From NCBI GenBank assembly GCA_011364925.1, contig RDOA01000020.1, positions 1-55,391 of the forward strand: a stretch of DNA of 55,391 bases, in the 5' to 3' direction. The translations under genes were made by a program, and so were the position numbers. Every line of letters begins with the position of its first letter. Position 1 is the first letter of the stretch. The notes beneath the pieces were generated by a model. That model saw nothing but the letters and a program-made list of their open reading frames with translations, was not told where the DNA came from and did no database searches. Below, piece by piece: positions 1-9,637 of this stretch. This DNA comes from Promethearchaeota archaeon (GTDB taxonomy: Archaea; Asgardarchaeota; Lokiarchaeia; Sigyniarchaeales; SOKP01).

Positions 1-329
1 ATTTATAGTACTGTTTCTAGATTAAAAATATTTTATGTATTTGAACAGAGAAACTACTCTTAGAGAAGAAATAAGCTAAAAGAATAATGCTAGGTATTAT
101 TAAATTTTACTTTGTAAAAGATTTTAATAACTATCGTTTAAAAGTCTCACCAATTAGTAATATATTTACTAAGTTTCATTGATCAACCTTGTCATTCCAA
201 CTCAATTTTTGACCATATACTTCGATCCGATATTGCTAGTAAAAAGAATATTTTTTATCAACACCCATTTTTTTTGTCGACTAAAATCGGAAGATAAAAT
301 CACTCGAATAATCTAAGATCAACCAACAC

Positions 330-362
330 ATTTAAATATAAGAAATTCCAATTTAAATATAA
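330..362 (+). promoter_or_regulatory. Tandem TATA-box-like direct repeat (ATTTAAATATAA x2) upstream of histone gene
   Basis: Identical 12-mers at 330-341 and 351-362, 60-90 nt upstream of the histone ATG; GGAGG Shine-Dalgarno at 409-413. Confidence 0.45.
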
Positions 363-421
363 TTAACATCTAATATTTATAACAAATCTTTAAAAATTTA
401 AAATTAGTGGAGGAATAAAAA

Positions 422-628
422 ATGGCTGCATTTGCATGGAGTCCTTTACGGGCTTTAATGAAAAAGGCTGGAGCAGAAATCGTAAGCAGAGCCGCAGTAG
501 ATAAATTAATGGATTATTTAGAAGAATATGCCAAAAATCTAACTGGCTGTGCTTTAGATATCGCTAAACACTCTGGTCGTAAGAAAGTAACACAAGCAGA
601 CATGAAAATCGCTATTAGCTTGATTTAA
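422..628 (+). CDS. Archaeal histone (HMf-type histone fold)
   Basis: 68 aa; P..R.MK..GA..VS..A and C-terminal A.HSGRKKV...D motifs; SD GGAGG. Confidence 0.93.
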   Translation: MAAFAWSPLRALMKKAGAEIVSRAAVDKLMDYLEEYAKNLTGCALDIAKHSGRKKVTQADMKIAISLI

Positions 629-657
629 AGCGATTTCCTGTAAGCTTTAGATATAAA

Positions 658-690
658 TTTATTTTTTCTTTTTTTTAGGTTTTAATTTTT
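658..690 (+). terminator. Oligo-T tract, probable archaeal intrinsic terminator
   Basis: TTTATTTTTTCTTTTTTTTAGGTTTTAATTTTT 30 nt after histone stop. Confidence 0.5.
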
Positions 691-853
691 GAGAGTTCTT
701 ATTAATTTGAAATATATTACCTATATCACTAGATTGGTGCTTACCTTCACATCATATATATATATTTAAAAAAATTAAGCAATAGAAAATTATATAACAA
801 TATTATCTAAATTTAATTTATTAAACAAAAGTGATCTCTATTTTTGATGTAAC

Positions 854-1450
854 ATGTCTGAAGAGTATGATTATCTTTTTAAGTCGATTATTATAGGAGA
901 TGGGGGAGTAGGTAAAACGTCTCTATCTCGGCGATTTTCAAAAGGTATTTTTACCGACAATTATAAAATGACCATTGGAGTAGATTTTCACGTCAAAACT
1001 ATACCCATAGAAACAGTTGACGGTGTAATTACATGCAAATTGCAACTATGGGACACGGGTGGTCAGGAACGGTTCGGGCATATACGGCCTATGTATTATC
1101 AAGGAGCTTTAGGAGCCCTTTTAGTTTATGACGTTACAAATTATGCCAGTTTTGAGCATCTTCCTCAATGGATTGAAGAAGTGCGTACGAATATAAAATT
1201 TGAAATACCTCTATTGTTAGTGGGCAGTAAGAACGATTTAGCGGGCCAAAGAATGGTCTCTATCGGGGAAATTAATAATTTCACAAGAGCTTTCAATCTC
1301 TTTTATATGGAAACCTCAGCCAAAACTGGTGATGGAGTTAAGAATTGTTTCTATATATTAACTTGCCTTATGCTCGGAGCTGGAGTCCCTGAACAGTTAA
1401 TAGCAAATCAAACAGTGTTTAGTCCGGGACAAATCACTTTAGATTATTAA
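854..1450 (+). CDS. Rab-like small GTPase
   Basis: YDYLFK, GDGGVGKT, TIGVDF, WDTGGQERF, ETSAK motifs. Confidence 0.93.
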   Translation: MSEEYDYLFKSIIIGDGGVGKTSLSRRFSKGIFTDNYKMTIGVDFHVKTIPIETVDGVITCKLQLWDTGGQERFGHIRPMYYQGALGALLVYDVTNYASFEHLPQWIEEVRTNIKFEIPLLLVGSKNDLAGQRMVSIGEINNFTRAFNLFYMETSAKTGDGVKNCFYILTCLMLGAGVPEQLIANQTVFSPGQITLDY

Positions 1451-1485
1451 TTAATCAACTAATTTATTAGGGGGTTTATTAAATA

Positions 1486-2412
1486 CTATTGATTTTCATA
1501 AAAGGGGGATCCTGCTTTCATAAAACGATTCAAATGACGCATTGACGCTATAATTTTTCCCGTTTCTTTTTCTTCTAAGGTAGAATCAAGCCATAAATAT
1601 TCTGTCTTCTTTGATGCTCCAATACAAGTAAATTTACCTTTAGCAATATAATGAATCCCAATAAGTGCTGGTCCGTTGATGTTTCTAATTTCGGTCGCCC
1701 CATAGAATGGAACGGCTTTGTATTCTTCAGTAGTTGTAAATGCAAAACCAAATGCCATAGCCTCAAACATAGCTGTGGGATAAATAATCGCATTTCCCCA
1801 GGGAGACTTATCTTTACTTTTATAAAACTCTAGTTGGTCTGTTATTCTTCTTAAACCACTATCGGCTTCTTCCTGCGTAAGTAAAATCTCTTTGGCAGGA
1901 AGTTCATCCCCAACTTTATGCCTTGCTAAAATATGTAATTCTTCGGGTGGACTATTTTTCAGTTCTACAGCTTGCAAATACGATGGTTCTTTAGGGGTGC
2001 CTATTGATACCGTTCCAGTCATTATTTGTTGTCTATTTTTCACTTCAGCCCAGGCTTTAACTTGGACATCTTTTGCTGCAATAGGAAGCATCTCTTCAGT
2101 ATAATCTGGGGGTAATTCAATAATTGCTCTTACTTCTTCTTTATCGATTGTTGCAAATGTGTAATACATGCTAATAGTTCCCTGCTCAAACCAACGATCA
2201 CCAAATATTCTTTGCGCCAAAGGAGCGAACATGCTTAAATGTATAGTTCCTTGTATTGTCCCACCACGCATGCCAACGCTTTTAGCTACACCATCATCAT
2301 GAATAGATGTAGTACTGGCTCTAATAAGATTTTCTGGTGCTCGCCAACCTCCGAAAATTTTACCCTCCTTAATTTCAATATCTTCTGCCATAAAATGCTT
2401 GCCTATTCTCAT
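1486..2412 (-). CDS. Double hot-dog fold (MaoC-like dehydratase-related) protein
   Basis: SIHDD..A...G.RGG.I.G..H resembles the MaoC/hydratase-2 motif; true start may be the second Met (MAEDIE). Confidence 0.55.
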   Translation of the reverse strand: MRIGKHFMAEDIEIKEGKIFGGWRAPENLIRASTTSIHDDGVAKSVGMRGGTIQGTIHLSMFAPLAQRIFGDRWFEQGTISMYYTFATIDKEEVRAIIELPPDYTEEMLPIAAKDVQVKAWAEVKNRQQIMTGTVSIGTPKEPSYLQAVELKNSPPEELHILARHKVGDELPAKEILLTQEEADSGLRRITDQLEFYKSKDKSPWGNAIIYPTAMFEAMAFGFAFTTTEEYKAVPFYGATEIRNINGPALIGIHYIAKGKFTCIGASKKTEYLWLDSTLEEKETGKIIASMRHLNRFMKAGSPFYENQ

Positions 2413-2468
2413 TTAATTTTTAAAAATTTTCATATTATTTAATTGAATATTTTTCGTAATAATTATTT

Positions 2469-3302
2469 TTATTTTAGATATGAAGCGACCATCATTCCAT
2501 AGTAGGAGGGAGTTTCTCGAATTAAAACATTTGGGTTAAAATTGTCATTTCCAATCATTCCTTGGAGTATAGCAAATCCCATTAATCCACAACACTTTGC
2601 TTTATCTAAAATTGGGGCAATTTCATCAGTTAGAATTTCGCTATTCAAACTGGTTGCCCAATCTTGAATCATTCTGTCAAAGGTTTCTGCTTCCTCTGAA
2701 AATCCATATGGTCCTTCCTTTTCATGCGTATGACTGAGATCAGCACTTATTGTTAAAACCACTCGTTTATCAATTGATTCAAAAAACATTTTCAAATCAT
2801 GTCCTAAATTGATTGATTCAAGTATCATATTTTTGGTGTATTCAAATCTTCTCAGCGGTTGAGAGAGAATAATATATTCCAAATTTAATTGCAGGTCTAT
2901 AAAAAACCAGAGAGGTACTACTTCACCCCATTGTAAGGGAAATTTTACATCTGCTGAGTATGCTGAAATTCCTTGGACCGCATTTTTTTTTTCTCTCAGG
3001 AAATTCAAGATGTTAGAAGATAATTCTTGATTTAATCTTATATCTATGCAAAATTCTCTATACTCGCCATTCCACTCTGCCGTCCCACTTGCACGCTTGT
3101 TTAAATATATCCCATAATCATGAGATAATGCAACACTATGAGGCGTTGTTAGGAAAATAATATCAGGATTTAATTGGTTAACAATTTTCCCGACTTTTTT
3201 CATTTCATCATGTAATCTAATTGCCTGTTTTGAAATTCTATTCTTCTTAGGATCTAAAATCATGGATCCATGAGGAAGAATAAATGCTCCTACAATTCCC
3301 AT
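2469..3302 (-). CDS. LigB/MEMO-like class III extradiol dioxygenase subunit B family protein
   Basis: PHG, PDIIFLTTPH, WGEVVPL, ISADLSH, YYGMMVA motifs. Confidence 0.8.
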   Translation of the reverse strand: MGIVGAFILPHGSMILDPKKNRISKQAIRLHDEMKKVGKIVNQLNPDIIFLTTPHSVALSHDYGIYLNKRASGTAEWNGEYREFCIDIRLNQELSSNILNFLREKKNAVQGISAYSADVKFPLQWGEVVPLWFFIDLQLNLEYIILSQPLRRFEYTKNMILESINLGHDLKMFFESIDKRVVLTISADLSHTHEKEGPYGFSEEAETFDRMIQDWATSLNSEILTDEIAPILDKAKCCGLMGFAILQGMIGNDNFNPNVLIRETPSYYGMMVASYLK

Positions 3303-3379
3303 ATTAATTCAATTAGATCCTTTCTTATATTAAATTTAAAAATTTTGTATTTGGCTATAGATAGAAAATAAAGAATTAA

Positions 3380-3862
3380 CTAACCATCATCTACTTCAAT
3401 TATTTTACTGATTTCGCTAAAGTTATCTTTATGTTCACATCCTTCGCACTCAGATCCCCCACCGCAACTTCTTTCTGCTATGTTCATACTAACTAGAACA
3501 TCTCCGAAATTCCGAAAAGGAACTATATTTCCATGAAACTCTTGCAGGTATTCTTTATATTTTTCTTCAAAAATCTCAGCAATTCGATGGATTTTGAAAT
3601 TGATTTCTTCAAGATCATCGTCCACATCTGTTACAACAACATAGAACATGTTAGAATCGTAAGGATCTCTGTAAAAGTGGAACGCGATTTGTTCGAAGTT
3701 AAGAGATTTTATTGAAGTGCCAGTAATTTCTAGCGAAAGTTGTTGAATGGCATATAAATAGCTCGAAATCAAATTGATGTCGTTTCCTAAAGCGTGACAT
3801 TGACCAAAATTTTGGTCCACCAATGCGATCCCTGCTTTAAAGATAAAAATGTTTTGTATCAA
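3380..3862 (-). CDS. Longin-like domain protein with C-terminal Cys cluster
   Basis: IQNIFIF..GIALV, LISSYL.AI..LS.EI....IKSL.F, F...Y pattern typical of longin/AP-sigma folds; C-terminal C-x5-C-x2-C; TTG start. Confidence 0.6.
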   Translation of the reverse strand: MIQNIFIFKAGIALVDQNFGQCHALGNDINLISSYLYAIQQLSLEITGTSIKSLNFEQIAFHFYRDPYDSNMFYVVVTDVDDDLEEINFKIHRIAEIFEEKYKEYLQEFHGNIVPFRNFGDVLVSMNIAERSCGGGSECEGCEHKDNFSEISKIIEVDDG

Positions 3863-3967
3863 TGGTATACATATGTCCTAATTAAAATATCCTAAACTCA
3901 AAATCCAAGATAAGAGATTTAAATCTTTATTTTATAAAATATCAAAAAAATAGGAGTTAAGCTTTTA

Positions 3968-4798
3968 TTAATCGTCAATCATCCTACGATGTCCAGCAGG
4001 ACATTCACCCATAGTACAATCGTAAAAACCGTCATCGTACTCTACTCTTGCGTTATAATGTTCCCAGCAATATATTTTATCGCATTCTGGGCAATATGCA
4101 TCCATCCCTTCGAAACAGAGGTATTCTTTCATGAACGAATGAACTCCAGAAAGATCCTCCTTTTTTAGTATTTTAAATAATTTATTTGCGAGACTCTTGC
4201 TTAACGATCGGCTGTGCGTAATGCCACTGTAAACAAGCGATTCTTGCTTATCAAAATGACCATAGCCTATTTTACATTCAACAGCAATTTTGCCACAAAT
4301 TGAGCAGGGTAAATGATATTCTGAATCAGATACTTTAATAACTCTTTTGATGACTCCAGAATTCTTCTTTTCTGGTGTTAAAATATTGAAAATGTCAAAA
4401 AATACGCTCCAACATTTTTCAAAACTACTCTTAAGTTCTTCAATTAGGTTTTGCGCCAGTTCTTCCTTATAATACGCTAACTGACTTATCGATTTAGCTA
4501 AAAGACTTCTAGCGTTGAATAAATAATTCTTAGATTTGTCTAAATGTTCTATATATCCATCTGAAACACTTTTTAACATTTCCCACGCAGATATAGTGTT
4601 GTAAGAGAGCGCACTAACATCTGAAATCCATAAATCTTTCGTCACATCATCCAATTTCTTGCGTGAAAGTAAAAAGTGTGTGATTCCTTCTAAAATATTC
4701 TCAAGCTCGTGAATATCATCTCGAATATTCCAAATTTTTTCTTTTAAATGATTTCCAATTTTAAATTTATCATTTTCACTCAAATTAAATAACCCCAA
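3968..4798 (-). CDS. Hypothetical protein, helical N-terminus plus Cys/His-rich putative zinc-binding C-terminus
   Basis: 276-aa ORF; CSIC, CPECDKIYCWEH, CPAGH motifs. Confidence 0.7.
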   Translation of the reverse strand: MGLFNLSENDKFKIGNHLKEKIWNIRDDIHELENILEGITHFLLSRKKLDDVTKDLWISDVSALSYNTISAWEMLKSVSDGYIEHLDKSKNYLFNARSLLAKSISQLAYYKEELAQNLIEELKSSFEKCWSVFFDIFNILTPEKKNSGVIKRVIKVSDSEYHLPCSICGKIAVECKIGYGHFDKQESLVYSGITHSRSLSKSLANKLFKILKKEDLSGVHSFMKEYLCFEGMDAYCPECDKIYCWEHYNARVEYDDGFYDCTMGECPAGHRRMIDD

Positions 4799-4882
4799 GA
4801 TTTCTAGACAAAAACGCGCTAAAAAATGTATCTGATTAATTATGAACCCACAGAGAAGAAGAAAACCAACTATGGTTACTAA

Positions 4883-5344
4883 CTACAAATTGATTATTGT
4901 TTCTTTAGTAGCTTTTTCAGCGTAGAAGAAGCGCCCTGATCCCATAACATCCACATGCCTAAATGATATTTCGAAAAAATTAACTTGTTGAGATCGAATG
5001 TTATATCTTAATTTTAAAGTTTTTAATTGTTGTTTGGTATACGATTCGATAAGTTGTACTATCATTTTACCTAGTTCTGAAACTAATAATTCCTCTTCTG
5101 AAGGATAATATTGGTCTGGATCTGCGCCGATTGCTACATTGCCTTTCTCATATTTCCCCACCTTCTTTTTTGCTTTCTTTTTATATTTATCAAACAGCTT
5201 TAATATATTATTTAACTTACTGATGTGAGGTTCACCAATTTCTCCAAGAATCTCATACACTCTATTGGGTTTCCCTAAGTAATCTTCGATTGTATCAGGA
5301 GTAGTTTTTGGTTCGTAATCGGGGAATAAATTTTTATCATCCAT
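4883..5344 (-). CDS. Hypothetical protein
   Basis: 153-aa ATG ORF filling the gap, co-oriented with neighbours; no recognised motif. Confidence 0.65.
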   Translation of the reverse strand: MDDKNLFPDYEPKTTPDTIEDYLGKPNRVYEILGEIGEPHISKLNNILKLFDKYKKKAKKKVGKYEKGNVAIGADPDQYYPSEEELLVSELGKMIVQLIESYTKQQLKTLKLRYNIRSQQVNFFEISFRHVDVMGSGRFFYAEKATKETIINL

Positions 5345-5472
5345 AATTCATAATATTTCATATCAAAAATATAAATTTCCTTTAATGATATAAAGATTTA
5401 AAACCTATTGTAGTGTTTATTTCTAGAAAAACAAAAGTTTTATGATAAATTCAAAACAGTTGTTGAAAACTA

Positions 5473-6051
5473 ATGGCATCTGAACAAGAAGAACAGCCTT
5501 ATTACATCTTTAAAATATGTATGCTTGGACAAGGTGGAGTGGGTAAAACTTGTATCGCTAGACGCTTATGTTTTGATACATTTGATGTAAATACACGATT
5601 AACGATTGGTATCGATTTTTATACTTATGATCTTCCAGTAGTAGTCGATGGAAACAAAACATACATCAGACTTTCAATTTGGGATTTTGGTGGTCAGGAG
5701 CAATTTAAACAAATGTTTAGTTATTACATCCACGGTGCAAATGGGATCTTCATGGTTTTTAGCTTGTTCAATCTTAATAACACGCTACTTGGGTTAGAAT
5801 GGTGGTATGAGCAACTTTTTAAGCAAAACCAGAGTGAAACGCTGAAGATATTAGTTGGATGTAAAAGTGATTTAGTAAAGAAGTTAGAGAAAGTAGATGA
5901 GTTAGTTATAGAAAGTTTCAGGAAGAAACACGATAAAGTCGAATTTTTCAAAACTTCTGCCAAAAAGAATTATAATGTGAGAGAGATCTTTGTAGAAATG
6001 GCGAAGAACATATTGGATACTCACAGCTTTAAATACGATAAAATTCTCTAA
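5473..6051 (+). CDS. Rab-like small GTPase
   Basis: GQGGVGKT, TIGIDF, WDFGGQEQF, KTSAK motifs. Confidence 0.92.
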   Translation: MASEQEEQPYYIFKICMLGQGGVGKTCIARRLCFDTFDVNTRLTIGIDFYTYDLPVVVDGNKTYIRLSIWDFGGQEQFKQMFSYYIHGANGIFMVFSLFNLNNTLLGLEWWYEQLFKQNQSETLKILVGCKSDLVKKLEKVDELVIESFRKKHDKVEFFKTSAKKNYNVREIFVEMAKNILDTHSFKYDKIL

Positions 6052-6126
6052 GTACAACTACTAACTTTTTCTAGATCAAGTAGAAATAATCATTAGACTG
6101 TTAATTTACAAATTAGGGGAAATAGA

Positions 6127-7206
6127 TTGGTAGAAATATTTCGTGAATCAGATGGTAATATAGCTCTGTTAAAGACAAAGATAATTGCTATTATCGGATA
6201 TGGGAATCAAGGTCGAGCTCAAGCTTTAAATTTAAGAGATTCTGGGCTAGATATTATAATAGGTAATATTGACGACGATTATAAAAAGCTGGCAATTAAA
6301 GATGGATTTCCTGTTTATGAAATTAAAGAAGCAATTATTAAATCAGACATATCATTTCTTTTGATCCCCGATGAAGTTATAAGATCCGTTTTTAGAGAAG
6401 AAATCCAAAATAATCTTAAACCTAATTCTTCCCTCGTATTCGCCAGCGGATATACCATAGGATTTAAATTGATATCACCGCCACAAAATATAAACATTAT
6501 ATTAATAGCCCCAAGAATGATTGGTGTGGGTGTCAGAGAGAATTTTCTTAATGGTCAAGGTTTTTTTAGTTTCGTTGCTATCGAACAGGATTATACTGGA
6601 AACGCTCGAGAGATATTACTTGCGTTGGCTAAAGGTATAGGAACTCTAAAAAAAGGAGCGATTCTGCTTTCGTTCAAACAAGAAGCGGAATTAGACTTAT
6701 TTAACGAGCAAGGATTTGGTCCTGCTTTTGGTAGAGTACTACTTTCTTCAATATATACGCTTATTGATGCGGGGTATCCTCCAGAAGCGGTGTTAATAGA
6801 GATGTACATGAGCAACGAAATGGCTTATACTTATAAAAAGATGGCGGATATTGGTTTAATCAAACAGGTCGACTTCCATTCTCAAACGAGTCAGTATGGC
6901 GCCATAAGTAGAGGCATACGGTTCAGGAAACTTCCTCTTAAAAATAAAATGGAGCAAATCTTAAAAGAAATTCAAGACGGTGATTTTACAAAAGAATGGG
7001 AAAATAAAATTACGAAACTTAAGTTTAAACTGATAAAATACTTCGCTACAAAACAGAAAATTAATAGTATAGAAAGAGAAGTAAGAAAAAACCTGCAATT
7101 AAAACTTTACGATATTTACGAGGAAGAACCACCCACGAAAGAAGAAATGGTTAAATTACAAAGTATATCAGAAGAGTTAAACCTATTTAGGCAGTACTAC
7201 GAATAA
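6127..7206 (+). CDS. ilvC: Ketol-acid reductoisomerase (class I, divergent)
   Basis: IIGYGNQGRAQALNLRDSG, LIPDE, APR..G, E.DLF.EQ motifs. Confidence 0.88.
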   Translation: MVEIFRESDGNIALLKTKIIAIIGYGNQGRAQALNLRDSGLDIIIGNIDDDYKKLAIKDGFPVYEIKEAIIKSDISFLLIPDEVIRSVFREEIQNNLKPNSSLVFASGYTIGFKLISPPQNINIILIAPRMIGVGVRENFLNGQGFFSFVAIEQDYTGNAREILLALAKGIGTLKKGAILLSFKQEAELDLFNEQGFGPAFGRVLLSSIYTLIDAGYPPEAVLIEMYMSNEMAYTYKKMADIGLIKQVDFHSQTSQYGAISRGIRFRKLPLKNKMEQILKEIQDGDFTKEWENKITKLKFKLIKYFATKQKINSIEREVRKNLQLKLYDIYEEEPPTKEEMVKLQSISEELNLFRQYYE

Positions 7207-7210
7207 AATA

Positions 7211-8173
7211 TTAAATGAGAATTACTATCACTCCAATTATAGTTAAAATAACTCCTAGAAATCCGTATTTTGTTATTCTCTCCTTATTTACTAAGTAAGT
7301 CAAGGGGAGTGAAAATAATGGACTCGCGCTAGCTACTAATGACATCACTATAGCTCCAGCTGTACGAGCTGCTTCAGTGTATAAAAATGCTCCCAGAGAG
7401 GTACCTATAATAGAAGCGATTATCAATATTACCCATGTTTTAGGTGATTTCCTAAACGAATTAAACTTTTGAGGACTACTTGCAATTCTATCTTCTCTCA
7501 ACACCATCGCTAGCAAAATTATTACAGCAAAGGGAAAACGAATTACATTACCAATGATTGAACTTAATCCATTTGTATTCAAGATTTGGTCAATTTGGTT
7601 TGTTGCATAATCGAGAATAACAAGACCTATAGCCCATCCTAGCGATGCAATTAAACCGTATCCAATGAATTTAAAAGAAGTGTAAGAAGTTAGCTTTCTA
7701 TGTTCGATTTCCGACTCCTGTAAATTCTTGTTTTCATTTGTTGTATTGATTTTTGATTTTCCGATAATTATAATCCCAACTCCGATAAGTAAAATCGAGA
7801 TTATTACTTTATAATCAAAGGGGTGATTTAGAAATATTAATGAAAGGATAACGGTGAACAACGGAAAAGTCATAGAAACTGCAAGAGCTATTGTAGTACC
7901 CAGCTCCTTTTGTGCCTTAAAATATGCAGTATCGCCGATTACTTGTCCGAACAAAAAACTTATGAAAAGTATCATCCATAAATTCCATGATAATAAGAAA
8001 ATATATGAAAAAATACCAAAAACAACAGATAGGATTAAAAAGGTTAACATTCCAACACCGGTGCGAAAAAAGTTAATAAAAGAGGGGCTAGCTTCACGCT
8101 CCGTTTTTCGGAAGAACACATTAGATACAACAAAAGTTAGAACTGCTAAGATTGCGATTATTTCACCAGCCAA
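7211..8173 (-). CDS. DMT/EamA family transporter
   Basis: About 10 hydrophobic helices in two repeats; P.F...L..L...E.I pattern. Confidence 0.88.
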   Translation of the reverse strand: MAGEIIAILAVLTFVVSNVFFRKTEREASPSFINFFRTGVGMLTFLILSVVFGIFSYIFLLSWNLWMILFISFLFGQVIGDTAYFKAQKELGTTIALAVSMTFPLFTVILSLIFLNHPFDYKVIISILLIGVGIIIIGKSKINTTNENKNLQESEIEHRKLTSYTSFKFIGYGLIASLGWAIGLVILDYATNQIDQILNTNGLSSIIGNVIRFPFAVIILLAMVLREDRIASSPQKFNSFRKSPKTWVILIIASIIGTSLGAFLYTEAARTAGAIVMSLVASASPLFSLPLTYLVNKERITKYGFLGVILTIIGVIVILI

Positions 8174-8185
8174 TACCCTTCTCCT

Positions 8186-9637
8186 TTACCTGCGTGTTTT
8201 TCTCCCATATTCATATAGCTTTAAAAAAGATTTAGCAGCACTCTCGATTGAAGCGTATACAAGAAATCCATTACTAACTAACTTAGCGTGGAAGATCCCT
8301 CTCGATTTACTTGGATAATCGGGGAGTACAATAATAAAAGTTTTATCCATTGATTCTACGTGAGATTTAATCCCGAGTAAGTTTTTAAAATAGTTTTTAA
8401 ACCTTTCTTCTTCTAAATCTTTCCACGCATCTGATACTACTAATACTAAGTCAATGTCTTCATCGATTGCCGCTTTAGATACATCTAAATACACATCATT
8501 CGAGACGATCCATGGCACATCTAACGGATTAGCTAAACTTCCAATTTTTATAGGATAGATATCTTTTAGCTTTTCTAATTTTTCTCCCGTAAAAAAAGGT
8601 AAGGTAAGACCTAATTCAGTCAAAATATCCGTTGCTAATATACCAAATCCACCTGACCATAAAATAACTAGCGCGTTTTTGTTCATAGGGTATTTTACAG
8701 GCTTGTTAAGATTTTTAAATCTATAGATGTGTTTTGAGAATAAATACGAGTAATCAATCAATTCATCAAGTGAAGGAGGAACATCAATTATAAGCGTTTG
8801 GTTAAATATTGCCTTCCAAATAGTATTCTTAGTTGCTAACGAACCGGTATGAGTTAAAACTGCTTTTTGTCCCCTTTTAGTTCTCCCTCCTCGCATAAAA
8901 AGCACGGGTTTTTGCATAGATTTTAGCACTTGAAAAAGTCTCTTTCCTTCATGTTCATATAACGCCGGCAAACCTTCGAAATAAACACATACAATATCAG
9001 TTGCTTCATCTTGGTTAAAGTATTGTAAAAGCTCAGAAATTTGGATATCAATGCAATTTCCTATGCTTACGCCTTTTGAAAATCTTAGATTATACCGACG
9101 CGAACTAAATTTAACCATTTTAGAGTGTAAATCTCCAGATTGGAAAATCAAGGCGATATTTCCACTTTCAATAGGAAATGAGGAATAATATGCGATCTTT
9201 CCTTGAGGACAATACAATCCCATACAATTGGGACCAATACTTCTGGTTTCTGGATGATTTTCTAATAAATTGCTAATTTCCAGCTCGATTTTAGCACCTT
9301 CTTCGTCAAATTCTCCAGTTCCAGCTGTAAAAATATGTATAAATTTGATCTCTTTTTTAGACAATATATCAATAATACTAGCAACTAAACTGTCCCGTCT
9401 AACTGATAAGATTAAGAGGTCAATAGAATTTATAGGAACCTCATCAATTGTTTTATAGCATTTTATTCCAAGAAGATCATTCTCTTTCGACGAGACCAAA
9501 TAAAGATTTTCGAGATTAAATCCTTGCCTGATAAACCCTTCCACGAAAAAAGATACTTTCGCTGATGCTTTATATATTACCACCGTTTCAGGTTTAAACA
9601 TTCTTTCAAAAGAGAGAAAATCATTTTGCTTTTCCAA
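8186..9637 (-). CDS. ADP-forming acyl-CoA synthetase alpha-subunit-like CoA-binding protein
   Basis: IGPNCMG, QSG, S.GN..D, THTGSLA (phospho-His), NPLD motifs. Confidence 0.85.
   Translation of the reverse strand: MEKQNDFLSFERMFKPETVVIYKASAKVSFFVEGFIRQGFNLENLYLVSSKENDLLGIKCYKTIDEVPINSIDLLILSVRRDSLVASIIDILSKKEIKFIHIFTAGTGEFDEEGAKIELEISNLLENHPETRSIGPNCMGLYCPQGKIAYYSSFPIESGNIALIFQSGDLHSKMVKFSSRRYNLRFSKGVSIGNCIDIQISELLQYFNQDEATDIVCVYFEGLPALYEHEGKRLFQVLKSMQKPVLFMRGGRTKRGQKAVLTHTGSLATKNTIWKAIFNQTLIIDVPPSLDELIDYSYLFSKHIYRFKNLNKPVKYPMNKNALVILWSGGFGILATDILTELGLTLPFFTGEKLEKLKDIYPIKIGSLANPLDVPWIVSNDVYLDVSKAAIDEDIDLVLVVSDAWKDLEEERFKNYFKNLLGIKSHVESMDKTFIIVLPDYPSKSRGIFHAKLVSNGFLVYASIESAAKSFLKLYEYGRKTRR

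Noticed and set aside
1-329. Possible gene fragment at the window start
   Set aside because: No ORF in the track and no recognisable motif; treated as intergenic
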